Origin: Ministeria vibrans ATCC 50519
Taxonomy: Eukaryota; Protista; Filasterea
Length of the DNA stretch: 64,000 bases
Assembly: GCA_943704425.1 (NCBI GenBank)
Contig: CALSCP010001980.1
Location: 17,750 to 81,749 of the forward strand
Direction: 5' to 3'
Made by a program: the position numbers and the translations under genes. Within the stretch, counting starts at the first letter, position 1, and each line of letters begins with the position of its first letter. The notes under the pieces were generated by a model. It was given only the letters and a program-made list of their open reading frames with translations, made no database searches and was not told where the DNA came from. Positions 27,684 through 39,725 of this stretch are shown piece after piece.

Positions 27684-29565
27684 ATGAGCACGTCAAAGAC
27701 TCCCGTGACGCGCGAGCAATGGGAAAGTTTCATGGATGGCGATGGGCGTGTTGTGGCCTACAAGTACGCCTGCTGGGCGCCCCGTGGCCGCCGCTCCCTC
27801 CCTCCCTCCCCTCCCCTCATTCTGGCCGGGACTTGGCTGTCTCATCCAGACTGCATCAGTCTCGTTGAGACGTTGCTTGGCACTTTCTCCCTCTTTTTTT
27901 AATTGATAATGTTTTGCGAACTTTAGTGACTTTGCTTTCTCTCATTGACTCTCTCTCTCTCTCTCTGCTATTCTTTGACGTTGTAGTGATCTAAAGCGAC
28001 TCATTTTTCGACACGGCATCGAAGGCAACGAACTGCGCCGCGAGATTTGGAAGTTTCTGTTTGGGTTCTACTCGTTCCATTCGACCTACAGTGAGCGCGA
28101 GACGATCACGCGCGAGAAGCACGCACAGTACTTTGCGCTGCGCAAACGGTGGCTCACCGAGTACGAGCAGGGTGAGGGGCAAGTGCTTGTGCAGAGCGTC
28201 GAGCAGCAGAGTGGCCAGGCGTTCTCGGTGGATTCGGTGCTTGCCGACATCTACGCAAAGCGTCTCAAGTTTGACCTTGAAGTGTTTCGCGACAATGCCT
28301 ATCAGGTACTGTGAAGTAGAACAATGTAATATCTTTGGACAACGCATTTTACGTTTGCATGTGTGTGTGTGTGTGCGTGCGTAGGTGGACAAGGATGTGC
28401 CGCGCACGGACCGCGAACTGGAGTACTTTAACACAACACTGAGACCTGAGAACACAGTAAAGCTGCGCAACATCCTCATGACGTACTCGGCATTCCATCC
28501 CGAGGTACACACATTGGCAATAAACAGTCATCGGTCAAACTGATCGAGCTATGTGTGTGTGTGTACATTGCGTGCTATACTACAGGTGGGGTACGTGCAA
28601 GGCATGAACGACGTGCTGTCAATGATGTTGGTGGTGTTGGACGACGAGGCGGACACTTACACATGCTTTGCCTCGCACATGCTCAACGTTGCCTTTGACT
28701 TCCAACCCGTCGGAATGAAGTCAGTCGCACTCACACACAACGCGCGGACGACTCACTTGCTCACCCACGCATTCATTCTCTCGCAGGTGGAAGCTCAAGT
28801 GTATGGGGTCGCTTCTGAAGCTGATGGACAGTGCTCTCTACTCGCACATCTCCGAACGGGAGGCGGGTGAGCTCTTCTTCTGCCATCGATGGCTCCACGT
28901 CTCATTTAAGCGCGAGTTCTCCTTTGAAAACGTATTCATATTTTTTTTACTTCCCTCTTTGAGAATGAGATTGACTGTGTTGGTGTTGTTTGCAGGCGGT
29001 GAGATTATTTGAGACGATTGGCACTCAGTATGTGGGAAACACAGTGCCAGTACCAGCGCCAAAGTCGCAGATGGAGGTGAGACGGATCCAAGCTGACTCA
29101 CTCGGCACTCATTCTTTTGCTCGTACCTGTAGAACCCGTCTCAAGAGACAGAGCAGGAAAAGGCGCGCAAGAGAGAGGACAAGCGGACGCAGAAGCGGAA
29201 GGTGTCGGAGCAAGAGGCACACAAACTGGATGTGATGGAAATGGGCTACACCTTTGAGCTGTTCTTCTCGTTGGCCATTCTCAAGCGCGAACGAGAGCGA
29301 TTGCTTCAGACCGAAGACATTGCGGATATTTATGCGCTGGTGAATGGCCTTGTCGGAAAGGTAAGAGCTTTCGGATGAGTGAGTAGGACTCACTCTTTGT
29401 GTCTCGTTTGCGGCATAGCTGGATTTGGATGAGATTCTTGCGTCTGCAGAAGAGACATTTGCCGAGTACTGTGAACGGGTGCGCGATCGCATTGCCGTAG
29501 ACGATGGACTGCCGTTGCTGGAGGGCGAGGAGGACGACGACGACCACGACCCAGCACACGCGTAG
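27684..29565 (+). CDS. TBC-domain Rab GTPase-activating protein (Gyp7/TBC1D15-16-17 group), multi-exon
   Basis: PVTREQWESF, LRREIWKFLFG, QVDKDVPRTDR, GYVQGMNDVLS, LFFCHRWLHVSFKREF. Confidence 0.9.
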
Positions 29566-29722
29566 CCAGACTCTTCGTAAACATTAAGTATGATTTTTGT
29601 GTACTTCTCCTTGGACTTCTCTTTCGACTCAGTCGCTTTGTTTCTTCTTCTTCTTTCTCTCGCTCTCTCCTCTCTCGGAGTCTCTCGATGTATCTCTCTC
29701 ACACATAGACATAGACAGACTT

Positions 29723-31671
29723 TCAATCACTTTCTTCTTCGTCTTCTTCCTCCTCCTCCTCCTCCTCCTCCTCCTCGGGTCGTGCTGCGTCTTCCTCTTC
29801 CACTGTTGGGTCCGCACACTCCTCCATTTCGCGCGCACATTCCGTTGCAATCTCGTCGCTTAAGGTTGAAGGCGCATACTCTCCGTCGCGTGTCTTGATG
29901 CCCCACCCCACATACAAATTTGCATACTCTCGCGTCCCTCCCACCGCATACGAATGCGCTCCCTTCCATCGGTTTGACGAGACCACCACCGGCGCAAACT
30001 CCTCTCCGTTTGCCGCTCCACCCACCAGAGACCCCAGTACACTGCTGCGACGCACTGTCCACGCACTCGTCCGCCCTCCATCCAGCGGCTCGTCGTCGCT
30101 CGCCGCCGTCAGCAGCATGGGCCCTTCCTCAGGCTCCTCCTCTTCCTCCTCCTCGCCGCCCATCACCTCGCCCTCGTCTTCGTCCTCCTCCTCTTCGCCC
30201 ATGTCCTCCTGCTCGTCCCGCGTGCTCACCCAGCTTGTGCGCCCTTGCTCCAACACATGCTGCACAATGTGCGTCCAGTTCTCCATGCGTGTGTCCGCCA
30301 GCTCGTCACCCGTCAATGGCTCCCACTCGTCGTCCTCGAGCCAGTATGTGCGTGCAGCGTCGTCCTCCTCTTCGTCCTCCTCGTCGAACATACACAGTCC
30401 GAGAGGCGCTAGGTGAGTTCCCGCCGAAATGCGCGCAATCTGCGCACGCAGCAGCTGCGCCTCGCGTCCCGGAAAGGGCGGATGTGCGGGCACGGGAGCA
30501 TTGAGACGGCCCGTCAACAGACGCGTAATCTGACGTGCGCTGTGGATCTGCTGCGGCGTGACCATAGGTAGACGTGTCCATGCAGCCGACGGTGTACTCG
30601 TCACAAAGTACACGTACTTGTTCACGCCCACACCAAACTCTTCGCTCTCCGGCAAAATCGGTTCGCGGTACTTGGATTTAGGCAGAGGTCGCCGCGTGTG
30701 GTTCGACGGCGCTGGTGCCCCCTCGAGATCGCCATCGATATTCACTTCGTTGTCGGGGTCGACTGGCTGTGAGGCCACGTGCAAATCGGGCTCCTGATCG
30801 AGTTCACTGTCATCCGGCTGCCATGCATTGCTCATTTCACACTCGGCCACGTAGTAGTTGCTCTCACGTCCAAAAATCTTCCCCCAAAAGCGCACCCTGT
30901 CCACCGGCTCGCGCTGGACAAGGAGACGCAAAGCAAGGAGCACTCGAATGCTCTCACTTACGCCCAGTCCCACGCCACACGACTGAAAGCGTTGTGCTTG
31001 CAGCACCAAGTTGGGCATGTCAACTTGACTGAGCGAAGCCGGTGCTGCAGCTCCACTCGCGTCGTGTAATTCGGAGTCATCACCGAGCAGCGGTCGTCCG
31101 AGTTGCGCTTGGGCGACACGGTGCGATGTGGTCACCGCGTCCATTTTAGGGCCCGGGGCGCTATTGTGGGCATCCTCCTGTGCCACACGCAGGCGTTTCA
31201 CGTCGAGTGACACCTGTTCGAGTGTGTCTACAGCGTTGTCCGGTCGCTCAAGCAACAAGCGATCCACAACATCGGTCAAATGATCGAATCTACAGGATAA
31301 AGCACGTTGCTGTTGCGTCAGAACTGTACCGTTGCTTGTCCCACTAAGGGGGTGGGGGTGCCAGTCTCGGCGACCAGCGTAAAACTCATTTTTCTTTTCA
31401 TCCACTATTTTGGTTGCTAGGGGGAATGGTTGTCATGTGAAGAGAAAAAAAGTATGACACGAGCGGCTGAACCGACGAGAAAGAGTGTACTGTGTAGGCA
31501 AGAATATTGCAGGGGGGCTTGGCATCTGCCATGCGACGTCGACAGGTGGTGGTAAAATGCAGAGCGACATTTTAATAATTCTTTTTTGTTTCCCCTTAGT
31601 CCTTACAAGTTGAGTCCCGTCTCTGAAGACACCTGCAAACAATACGCTTGGGCACTCTCTAATGTTGCCAT
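29723..31671 (-). CDS. RSPH4A: Flagellar radial spoke head protein RSPH4/6; exons 31607-31671, 29723-31289
   Basis: AQAYCLQVSSETGLNL|FDHL...ERPDNAVD, VRFWGKIFG..NYYVAE, GVNKYVYFV, LRAQIARISAGT, NLYVGWG. Confidence 0.92.
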
Positions 31672-31746
31672 TTGATCAAAGAAGGAAACAATTTGAATTT
31701 ATCTACTTTCTATTACTTTTTATGAAAAAAAATCAATTTTCTCTTC

Positions 31747-34700
31747 ATGTTTCTGCTCTCATTCTCACTCCCACAACTGTCAATTGAGCGCGCTGAGCGT
31801 GTCACTGTTGCCACGGATGGCACAGCATTGATTCAGGTGGCGCCAGATAGCGAGTCTGCGACGCTCGTGGCGCTGCTGGAAGCGGTGCGCAACGCCTGGG
31901 TTGATGGGGTGGACACCGTCGAAGAAGCGACGCAGTGGCTCGACCAGGGCGCCGCACGGGTACGAATGCACGCCCCCCGCACACTCTCCTTCGTCCTGCT
32001 CGCGTCCCCGTATGCTGCTAACCGCGCCGCCGCTGTTGTCTTTTTCTCAGGTGGTGATGAAATCGACGGCCCATCGCGCCGCACTTCTCGAGGCTATCCC
32101 ACACGATCGCCTTGCCGTGGCAGGCGCCACCGGCGATCCCCAGCTTCCGGCGGCCGTGGCTCAGATTGTGGCAGACAAGGAGGCGGCGCTGGCTTTGAAG
32201 GGGTCCTCCGAGACGGCGTTGATTGTGGTGCGCAATGGGTCCACGGCAGATGTTGCGGCGCTCGACAAGGCGGGCATTGTGTGCTGCCTTGACGTGAGCG
32301 GCGAGGACGAGGATGACAGCAAGATGCTGAGTGCGACGTATGCGTCGGTGTTGCAGAGCGACCGTGCCGATGGACTGTGGACGACAATGGTGGTGGACGA
32401 GAGAGGCGTTGCATTGGGTCTGGTCTACTCGAACGAAGCGTCGCTGTGTGAGTCGTTGCGCACCCGTCGCGGTGTGTTTCACTCGCGCAAGCGTGGATTG
32501 TGGCGCAAAGGCGAGACGAGTGGCGCCATTCAAGAGTTGCTGGGTGTGTCGGTCGACTGCGATCGCGACTGCCTTGTGTTTCGCGTGCGTCAGCACGGCA
32601 GTGGTTTCTGCCACCTGAACACGCGCACGTGCATGGGCGACGACCGAGGACTGGGATACCTGGAGCGCACTCTGCGTCAACGGCGTGAGAATGCTCCCTC
32701 TGGCTCCTACACGGCGCGCCTGTTTAGCTCGCCGGCGATGCTCGGCGCCAAGTTGCGCGAGGAGGCGGACGAGCTGGCGCGCGCCGAGACGCCGCGTGAA
32801 GTCGCTCTCGAGGCGGCCGACGTGCTTTTCTTTGCACTGACTCGCTGTGTTGCCGAAGGTGTTACACTTGATGACGTGGAGGCGGTGCTGGACCGACGCA
32901 GTCGCAAGCTCACGCGCCGACCCGGCAACACCAAGAAGCAGTTTGAGGCGAAGCCCAAGGTGGCTGTTGTGGACGCCGAGAAGGCCACAGAGGAAACGCC
33001 AGAGCAGGCCGAGAAGGCCACACCAGAGCAGAGTGCGACGGAAATTTTGCGACCGTACGTTCTTGAGGATTTGAGCGAGGGCGAGCGAGCGCGGGTGTGT
33101 CAGCGACCGGCGCAGGACATGGCGTCAGCGGAGGTGGTGCGCGAGCGCACTCGGGCGATTGTGGAGCGAGTGCGGACGGAGGGGGACGAGGCGGTGATCG
33201 AGCTGACACACAAGTTTGATGGGTGTGACATGCGCGAGGAAGGGACACCCGTTGTGGACACGGCAACGGTGCTGGCGGCCGCCATGGCCAAGCTGAGTGG
33301 GTCGGTGCGCAGTGCCATTGACCTTGCCTTTGGCAACATTGAGCGTTTTCATCGGGCGCAAGTCGACAAGGACGCGACGACGCTGTGTGTCGAGACGGCC
33401 GCGGGTGTGACGTGCAGTCGACACACGCGTGCACTGCACACCGTCGGTCTGTACGTGCCCGGCGGCTCGGCGGTGCTTCCGTCGACGGCCATGATGCTGG
33501 GCATTCCGGCCATGGTCGCCGGATGTACGCGCATAGTCCTTGCGTCGCCCCCCGCCCGCGACGGCTCGCTTTGTCCCGAGATTGTCTACATTGCCAGCAA
33601 GGTTGGATGCAAGTCTATTGTGCGCGCCGGTGGTGCCCAGGCCATTGCAGGTACCCAATAATTGTGTGGTCAGCATAGTATGAATTGGTATTGAACATTG
33701 TCTCTCTGTGCACCAGCTATGGCATATGGCACGGCGACTGTGCCCAAGTGCGACAAGATCTGTGGACCGGGCAATCAGTATGTGACGGCGGCCAAGATGT
33801 TGGTGCAGACGGATACACGCGCCATGTGCAGCATCGACATGCCCGCTGGTCCTTCTGAGGTGTGTGTCCCCTCTCGCGTGCCACTCACTCACTTTTCACT
33901 TTCTTTGTCTTCTTGTTTATCTTTCTATCTCTTTGTTTTTTCTTCCTCTTCCTCCTCCTCATCCTCCTCTCTCTTCTTCTTTTAGCTGCTAGTGATTGCC
34001 GATCGATCTGCTCGTCCTGACTTTGTTGCCAGTGATCTGTTGTCGCAGGCGGAGCATGGCCCCGACAGCCAAGTGGTGCTGGTCACCGTGTCTCTCACGC
34101 CCGATCAGGTACACAGTTGGCACGCATACACTCAGACAGTCAGATAATGCTTATTCTTTGAATGTACTGTAGATCAAAGCAATTCAGCAGGAGACACAGG
34201 CACAGCTGGAGCGCCTTCCTCGACGCGACATTGCTCGTGTCGCCCTGTCCAAGTCCTTCCTTATGCAGACCACATCTCTCTCTGATGGTACCCTTCCCAC
34301 TCACTCTATTTAGACTCACTTTGCCTCACTTACACTCACATTCTCTATCATTTTGTTTATTATCTCTTTTTTGTTTCTTCTCTTCTCTCTCTCTATCACT
34401 TTGTTTCTTTCTCCCTCCTCTCTCTCTCTCACTTTGTTTCTTTCTCCCTCCTCTCTCTATCTCACTTTGTTTCTTTCTCCCTCCTCTCTCTCTCACACAC
34501 TTTGTTTCTTTCTCCCTCCTCTCTCTCTCTCTCTCTGGTGATAGCTTTGGCGTTTGCCAATGAGTATGCGCCCGAGCATCTGATTGTCAATGCCGACTAC
34601 GGTCCCGACGATGATCAACTCATGTCTGGCGTGCGCAATGCCGGTTCTGTCTTCCTTGGTCCCTTCTCCGCCGAAAGGTACCTCATGCCCACTCGAACGC

Positions 34701-34982
34701 ACACACGCTCACACAACTCATACACATTACAGCTGCGGTGACTACGCGTCGGGTACCAATCACACACTGCCGACGTACGGGTATGCGCGCCAGTACAGCG
34801 GCGTGTCCACATCGACTTTTCAGAAGCATATTACGTCGCAGCATTTGACCGCCGACGGACTGCTGACCATTGGCGACGCAGTGGAGACGCTGGCGGCCGT
34901 CGAGGGTCTCGATGCCCACCGCCTGGCCGTTGTCGTGCGCCAAACCTTTATCAAGCATGACCGGGCTATGCTCGTCGACTGA
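31747..34982 (+). CDS. HIS4: Trifunctional histidine biosynthesis protein (PR-AMP cyclohydrolase, PR-ATP pyrophosphatase, histidinol dehydrogenase)
   Basis: [20 protein letters not shown]...FCH (HisI); SYTARLF...EEADEL...EAAD (HisE); [43 protein letters not shown] (HisD). Confidence 0.97.
34330..34536. repeat. Intronic minisatellite, ~30-bp unit CACTTTGTTTCTTTCTCCCTCCTCTCTCT
   Basis: At least 4 near-identical tandem copies. Confidence 0.9.
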
Positions 34983-35159
34983 CCACCGTTCCCCTCGACA
35001 TTTTTTTTTCTTCTCTCTCTCTCTTTCTCTCTCTCTCTCTATCTATCTCTCTCTTTGTATTCCTTTTATTTCTTTCTCCCTCCCTGAGTGCACATCTTTT
35101 TGTGTTTCTTTTTGTTTCCCTATCTTTATCGTCCGTTACATTTGGTACACAGCTTTCCA

Positions 35160-35718
35160 TCAAGACGGCTTGCCATCGAGTCGCTCGCGCAATACGCGAA
35201 TTTCCTCTCGTAGACTGTCCAATTCTTCGTCGCGCCGTCGCAACGTTTCAACCAGCTCGTTTTTGTTCAGGTCAGTATACATCGCACTGGCAAACAACTG
35301 CGAAAAGCCATACGTGTCGCGCGACGCCTTCTTGCGCCTGGAGGGCCTGCCCGACGGTGACGCGACCGACACGGTGGCGGCATCGGTGTTTGTTGGTGCC
35401 GGTGTCGAGGCTGCGGCGCCTACAGCGTGCGCCTCGTCATTGTTTGCGTGACTCGGTGGTGCGCTGTCAGCAGCAACAACTGGCCCCTGCTCGGCCGTGA
35501 CGTCTCCCTCAGCCAGCAGCTTGTCAAAGTCGGAAAATGACATCTCCAAGACAACACCGTCGACCTCGATGCTGCCCTCGTTGTCGGAATCGTCGTTGTC
35601 GCTCACCGCCGGCGTCGGCTCGAGCGTGCGCTCCGCCGATGCCACCAGATAGGCATTGTGATTCGCCGGCGCCTGAGGTCGCATCAGAGGGAACCCCCGC
35701 TTCCCCCGCTTCTTCCTG

Positions 35719-35782
<64 letters not shown>

Positions 35783-36119
35783 ACACACGCAACACAAGAC
35801 ACACGACACAAAGAAGGGGCACGGAAGGCACCGGGTGAGCAGATAGGCCAAGGGCGCAGTGATCGGCGAAGCGACCCAATTCGCATCGTTTCAGTTTGCT
35901 GTCTCACCTGAATGGCGCGCGCGCGGGCTCTGGCTCGGCGTCCTCCGCCAGTCTGTCTTCGTACGCCTTGCGCTCCTCCCACGTCATGTCGCTGTACGCC
36001 TTGGCTGGCGTTGCCACAGACGATTTCGATCCCGTTCGCGCTCGTTTTCTTCTTCTGCCGCCTTTCGAAGCGCTCTCGGGCGCCCCGCTTGGCATCGCCT
36101 CGTCCTTTGTATTGTTCAT
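35160..36119 (-). CDS. HEXIM: HEXIM-like protein (255 aa; exons 35908-36119, 35160-35715)
   Basis: Basic region RRRKRAR; KAYSDMTWEERKAYEDR (cf. KPYYKLTWEEKKKFDEK); APANHNAYL (cf. APYNTTQFL); acidic tract; C-terminal coiled coil LNKNELVE (cf. MSKQELIK), all in HEXIM order. Confidence 0.7.
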
Positions 36120-36298
36120 ACGTAAAGACCCAAACGGTTCTCGTGGAAGAGAGAGAGATATTTTTGATTATTGTATTTTTATATTTTTTAATTTTTTTCT
36201 TCTTTTTTTTTCGTAAGTTGGAACAGTGAACTTGACGATTCTTTTTTGCTGTTTGTGTCTGCGTCTAGACGGGAAAAACAATTAAGCAGTGTGTGTGT

Positions 36299-39200
36299 TC
36301 ACTGTACAACGAGTTCTTGATCTTCCAAGAAGCGATACTCAAAGGTGAACTCGGCCTTCTTGCGCTGACACCAGCCCTTGTCATAGTCAAAGTAGACGTA
36401 GGTGCCCTGCTCGTAGTCGTCTGTGATGGTTGAGGGCTCTTCGTGCCGCTGGAACCACGTCAGGTACTTCTTGTGGAAGCGCCATGACTTGTTCTTGAGT
36501 TCGCGTGCCGCCAAATACTGCTGGTAGGTGCCTGAGCGACATCATTGGGAGGTGGGGTGTGAGTGCGCGTTGTTGCATTTTTGTTGTGCAACAAATTTTT
36601 TTTATACATTTATTGTGTGCATTGTACCTTGTTGGTAGTAGAAGATAAAAAAGAGTGTGTCAACGTCCATCTTCTCAAAGACAGCAACGTCACGGAAGAC
36701 GGGCTGGGAGACTTGAGGATAGTAGGCGGGCGTGAAGGCAGGCGTGGCGGGCGTGTAGGTGTCAAGCCTGAACGGAGAGGGATTAGATGTTAATTGTGAT
36801 GCACACGAGAACTATGGTGTGCTAACCATTGCGAGTTGACTTCGGGCATCAAATTCATGCTGGTTTCGAGCATTGCCATTGCCTCAGCCATGTCTAAAAC
36901 ATGAAAATGAATATATAAAAGAAATCGGCTTGATGCGGTACCGTCTGAGAGAGGCGGGCCTGTCTGAGGCGACGTGTGAGGCAGTGGGGACGCATCGGCT
37001 GTAGGAGGAAGAGACGCTGCCACGAGAGCAGCGGCAGTAGAAGTGGATGGGGCGGGCGCAGCAGTAGGCGATGCGGCGACCGGTACAGGGGTAGACGCAG
37101 CGGAGGGGGTGTTAGTGTTGATGGTAGGCGACGCAGCAATGGGGACGGTGGGAGTGGCAGTGGAGGAAGGACTGGACGCACTCTTGCTAGAGACAATGGG
37201 TGGGAAGGCCGACGGTGTTGCGGCAGGAGTGGTCGGCTGCGACGCCGCTGCTTGCTGCTGCGAGGCATTGGCCGCGGCAAGGACGGCTGCGGCGGTAGGA
37301 GCGGGTGTGCCTGCAATAGCAGGCGACTGAGGCTGAGACCAGGCACTCGCAGCTGCAGCGTAAGCCGGCTTGGCACGCTCAGGCTCCTTGGGCGACATCA
37401 CCTTCAGCGTCGTCGATGCACCCTTCTTGTTGCTACTCGCATTCTTCCCGGTGCTGCCGCTGCCGCTGTTGTTGTTGTTGCCTGCGGTGCTGCTGTTGGC
37501 CGCTGGTTGTTGCTGCTGCGGCTGTTGCGGTTGTTGTTGTGCCTTGCTTGACGCCGAGTCTATCAATGACTTGGGCGAACTCTTGCCGCTACCGGCAACC
37601 ACCGACGCAACTGTAGTGGCTGCGGCTACAGCTGTCTTCTTTGAATCCTTCTTCTTACCACCGCCGCCAGCGGATGCAGAGGCAGCTACCACAGCCGCTG
37701 CTGCCGCAGCGGCTGTCGCAGCAGCCGCTGCTGCTTCTTCTTCCGCAGCAACAGCCGCAGCGGCAGCCGCTGCCGCAGCCGCTGCCGCCTTCTTGTCCTT
37801 TTTGTTCTTTCGCCCAATATCATCATCCTTCTTCTTGGGTGCGGCAGCAGCAGCGGCAGCCGTAGCAGCAGCGGCAGCCGTAGCAGCAGCAGCAGCAGCC
37901 ACTTCGGCAGCGGCCGCGGCAGCGGCCGCAACCTCCTCCTTGGTCTTGGTCGACGAGGCGGTAGCTGTGTCGCTCGTAGCTGTATCACTGGTGTGACTGG
38001 TTTTGTCGTCGTGGTGGTGATGGTGGTGGTGAAGGTCGTCAAGGTCGTCGACGCCGTCGCCATCTTCACCAAGAAGTCCTTCGTAAATGAACTCCTCGCT
38101 CATGTCCTGGTCAAACGACGGGTCGTTGTTGTTCTCAATGTAGTACATGATGTCGTCATGTCGCTCGCTGATGCTGTCCACGTCAATCAAGTCATTTGTA
38201 AGAGCACGCAACACATGCTCCAGCTTGCTCGTGTGCCATTTGTGCCGTTCAATCTTCTGATCGCATGCGCGAATCTTGGACTGATCCGACGACGATTTTT
38301 TCTTGCGCTGACTCAGTCCCTCCACTTCCGCCTCCGCCTCGTCAATCTACATCACGTATTAAAAATAATAAGCATGCCTTTGTTTTTGTTTTTCTTCTTT
38401 TTGCAACACGCAACGCACCTGGATGGAGAGGGCATCGATGCAGCTCGTGATCCACGACATCTCTTCTTCCTTCTTCTGCTCTTCGGGGTCCACCTTTTTC
38501 GCAGCCTTCTCTAAGCCCTCTTTGGAGTACGCCTTGGTTTTCGTTTCCCTCTCAATGGCCCGAAACCGTTCCATTTGCTACACAGGCGTCGTATGAGACG
38601 AGTGAATAGAACGCATGAAACAAAACCCCTTACCGTCTCGATGAGCTTTCTGTTCTCCATCAGACCACTCTTGTCCTTGATTTCACTGCAAAGAGAAGAC
38701 AGAGCGGTGGTCAATGGAGCGTGTGGTCGGGTGCGGGCCGGTCACAAGGGGGCCCAACGCGACGGACGACTCACCTGCTTGTGAGCCACTGTTTGATTTG
38801 GTCGCGCAGCCGCTGCAGCTTTTTGATTTCCTTCTTCAGCTCCCCCTCATGCTTCTCCTTCTGGTGGGCGTTGGTGGCAGACGCAACCCGTTCCCAAATT
38901 GCCTACAGCAGCCATGGGGGGTCAGCAGGGTGTGCACAGGGGCGCCCATCGTAAGTTGTAAGCTGACACTTCACACAGAAAAGAGCCTTTTTTTTTTCAC
39001 ATTGAAGAAACGCAGTTCATTGCAACGACAGCGACCCTCGCTCGCACCAGGGGGGAAATACAAGAACACGCACAAGTGCATCACACAGTGGGGTGGGCTG
39101 AACGACGCCTTGGACAGGCAAAGCGAGCGAAAAGAGCGAAAGAAAAAAATCAACAGACGAAAGTGACTCGAAGAGTCACAAAACGACAGCAAGACAGAGG

Positions 39201-39485
39201 GAAGGAAGCGTGAGGGGGGACAGCAGCACAAATAGAACCCCGCAGAGAAGAAGATGGGTGCAACGGTGGCGACAGAGACGAGAGAGACGAGAGAGACGTG
39301 TCGAAATGCAAAACGACACGAAAAACGGACGTAAGCGAAAACGCAGTCGCGCGCGTGTGAGTGTATGTGTGTGGGGGGGGGATCGGTCGGCCCCGGCGGC
39401 GGCATACCTCGAATTCTTCGACGCCTTCAGCGACTTTCTTCTGTACGCGATCAATCTCCGCCTGGAGCTTCCGCTTGTCCGCCAT
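36299..39485 (-). CDS. CNOT3: CCR4-NOT complex subunit 3
   Basis: [55 protein letters not shown]-box [22 protein letters not shown]. Confidence 0.97.
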
Positions 39486-39725
39486 GCTTGCAGCTCGGTC
39501 GATAAACGCAGGTTGTACAGGACGCGGTAAAGAGGTTGTCTAACACAGCGTCAAGAGTAGCAGAGTATTGTGAACCAAACAAAAGTCTTTTTTTCTAATT
39601 TTCATGGATCACATTGAGAATTTGAGATGACTGTCATTTTTTTTTCTCTCAAACTATCCATCTCCACCAGAGTTGAAAATAGATAAACAAAAGAGTATTA
39701 ATTCAATATTCATTATTCATTATTC

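Noticed and set aside
31290-31405. ORF-track start of RSPH4/6 at GTG 31405
   Set aside because: Lies inside intron 1; the conserved N-terminus is in exon 31607-31671
31611-31616. TGAGTC Gcn4-like site upstream of HIS4
   Set aside because: Single hexamer inside an RSPH coding exon; expected by chance
34330-34536. CRISPR-like repeat array
   Set aside because: Tandem low-complexity units without unique spacers, eukaryotic intron, no cas genes
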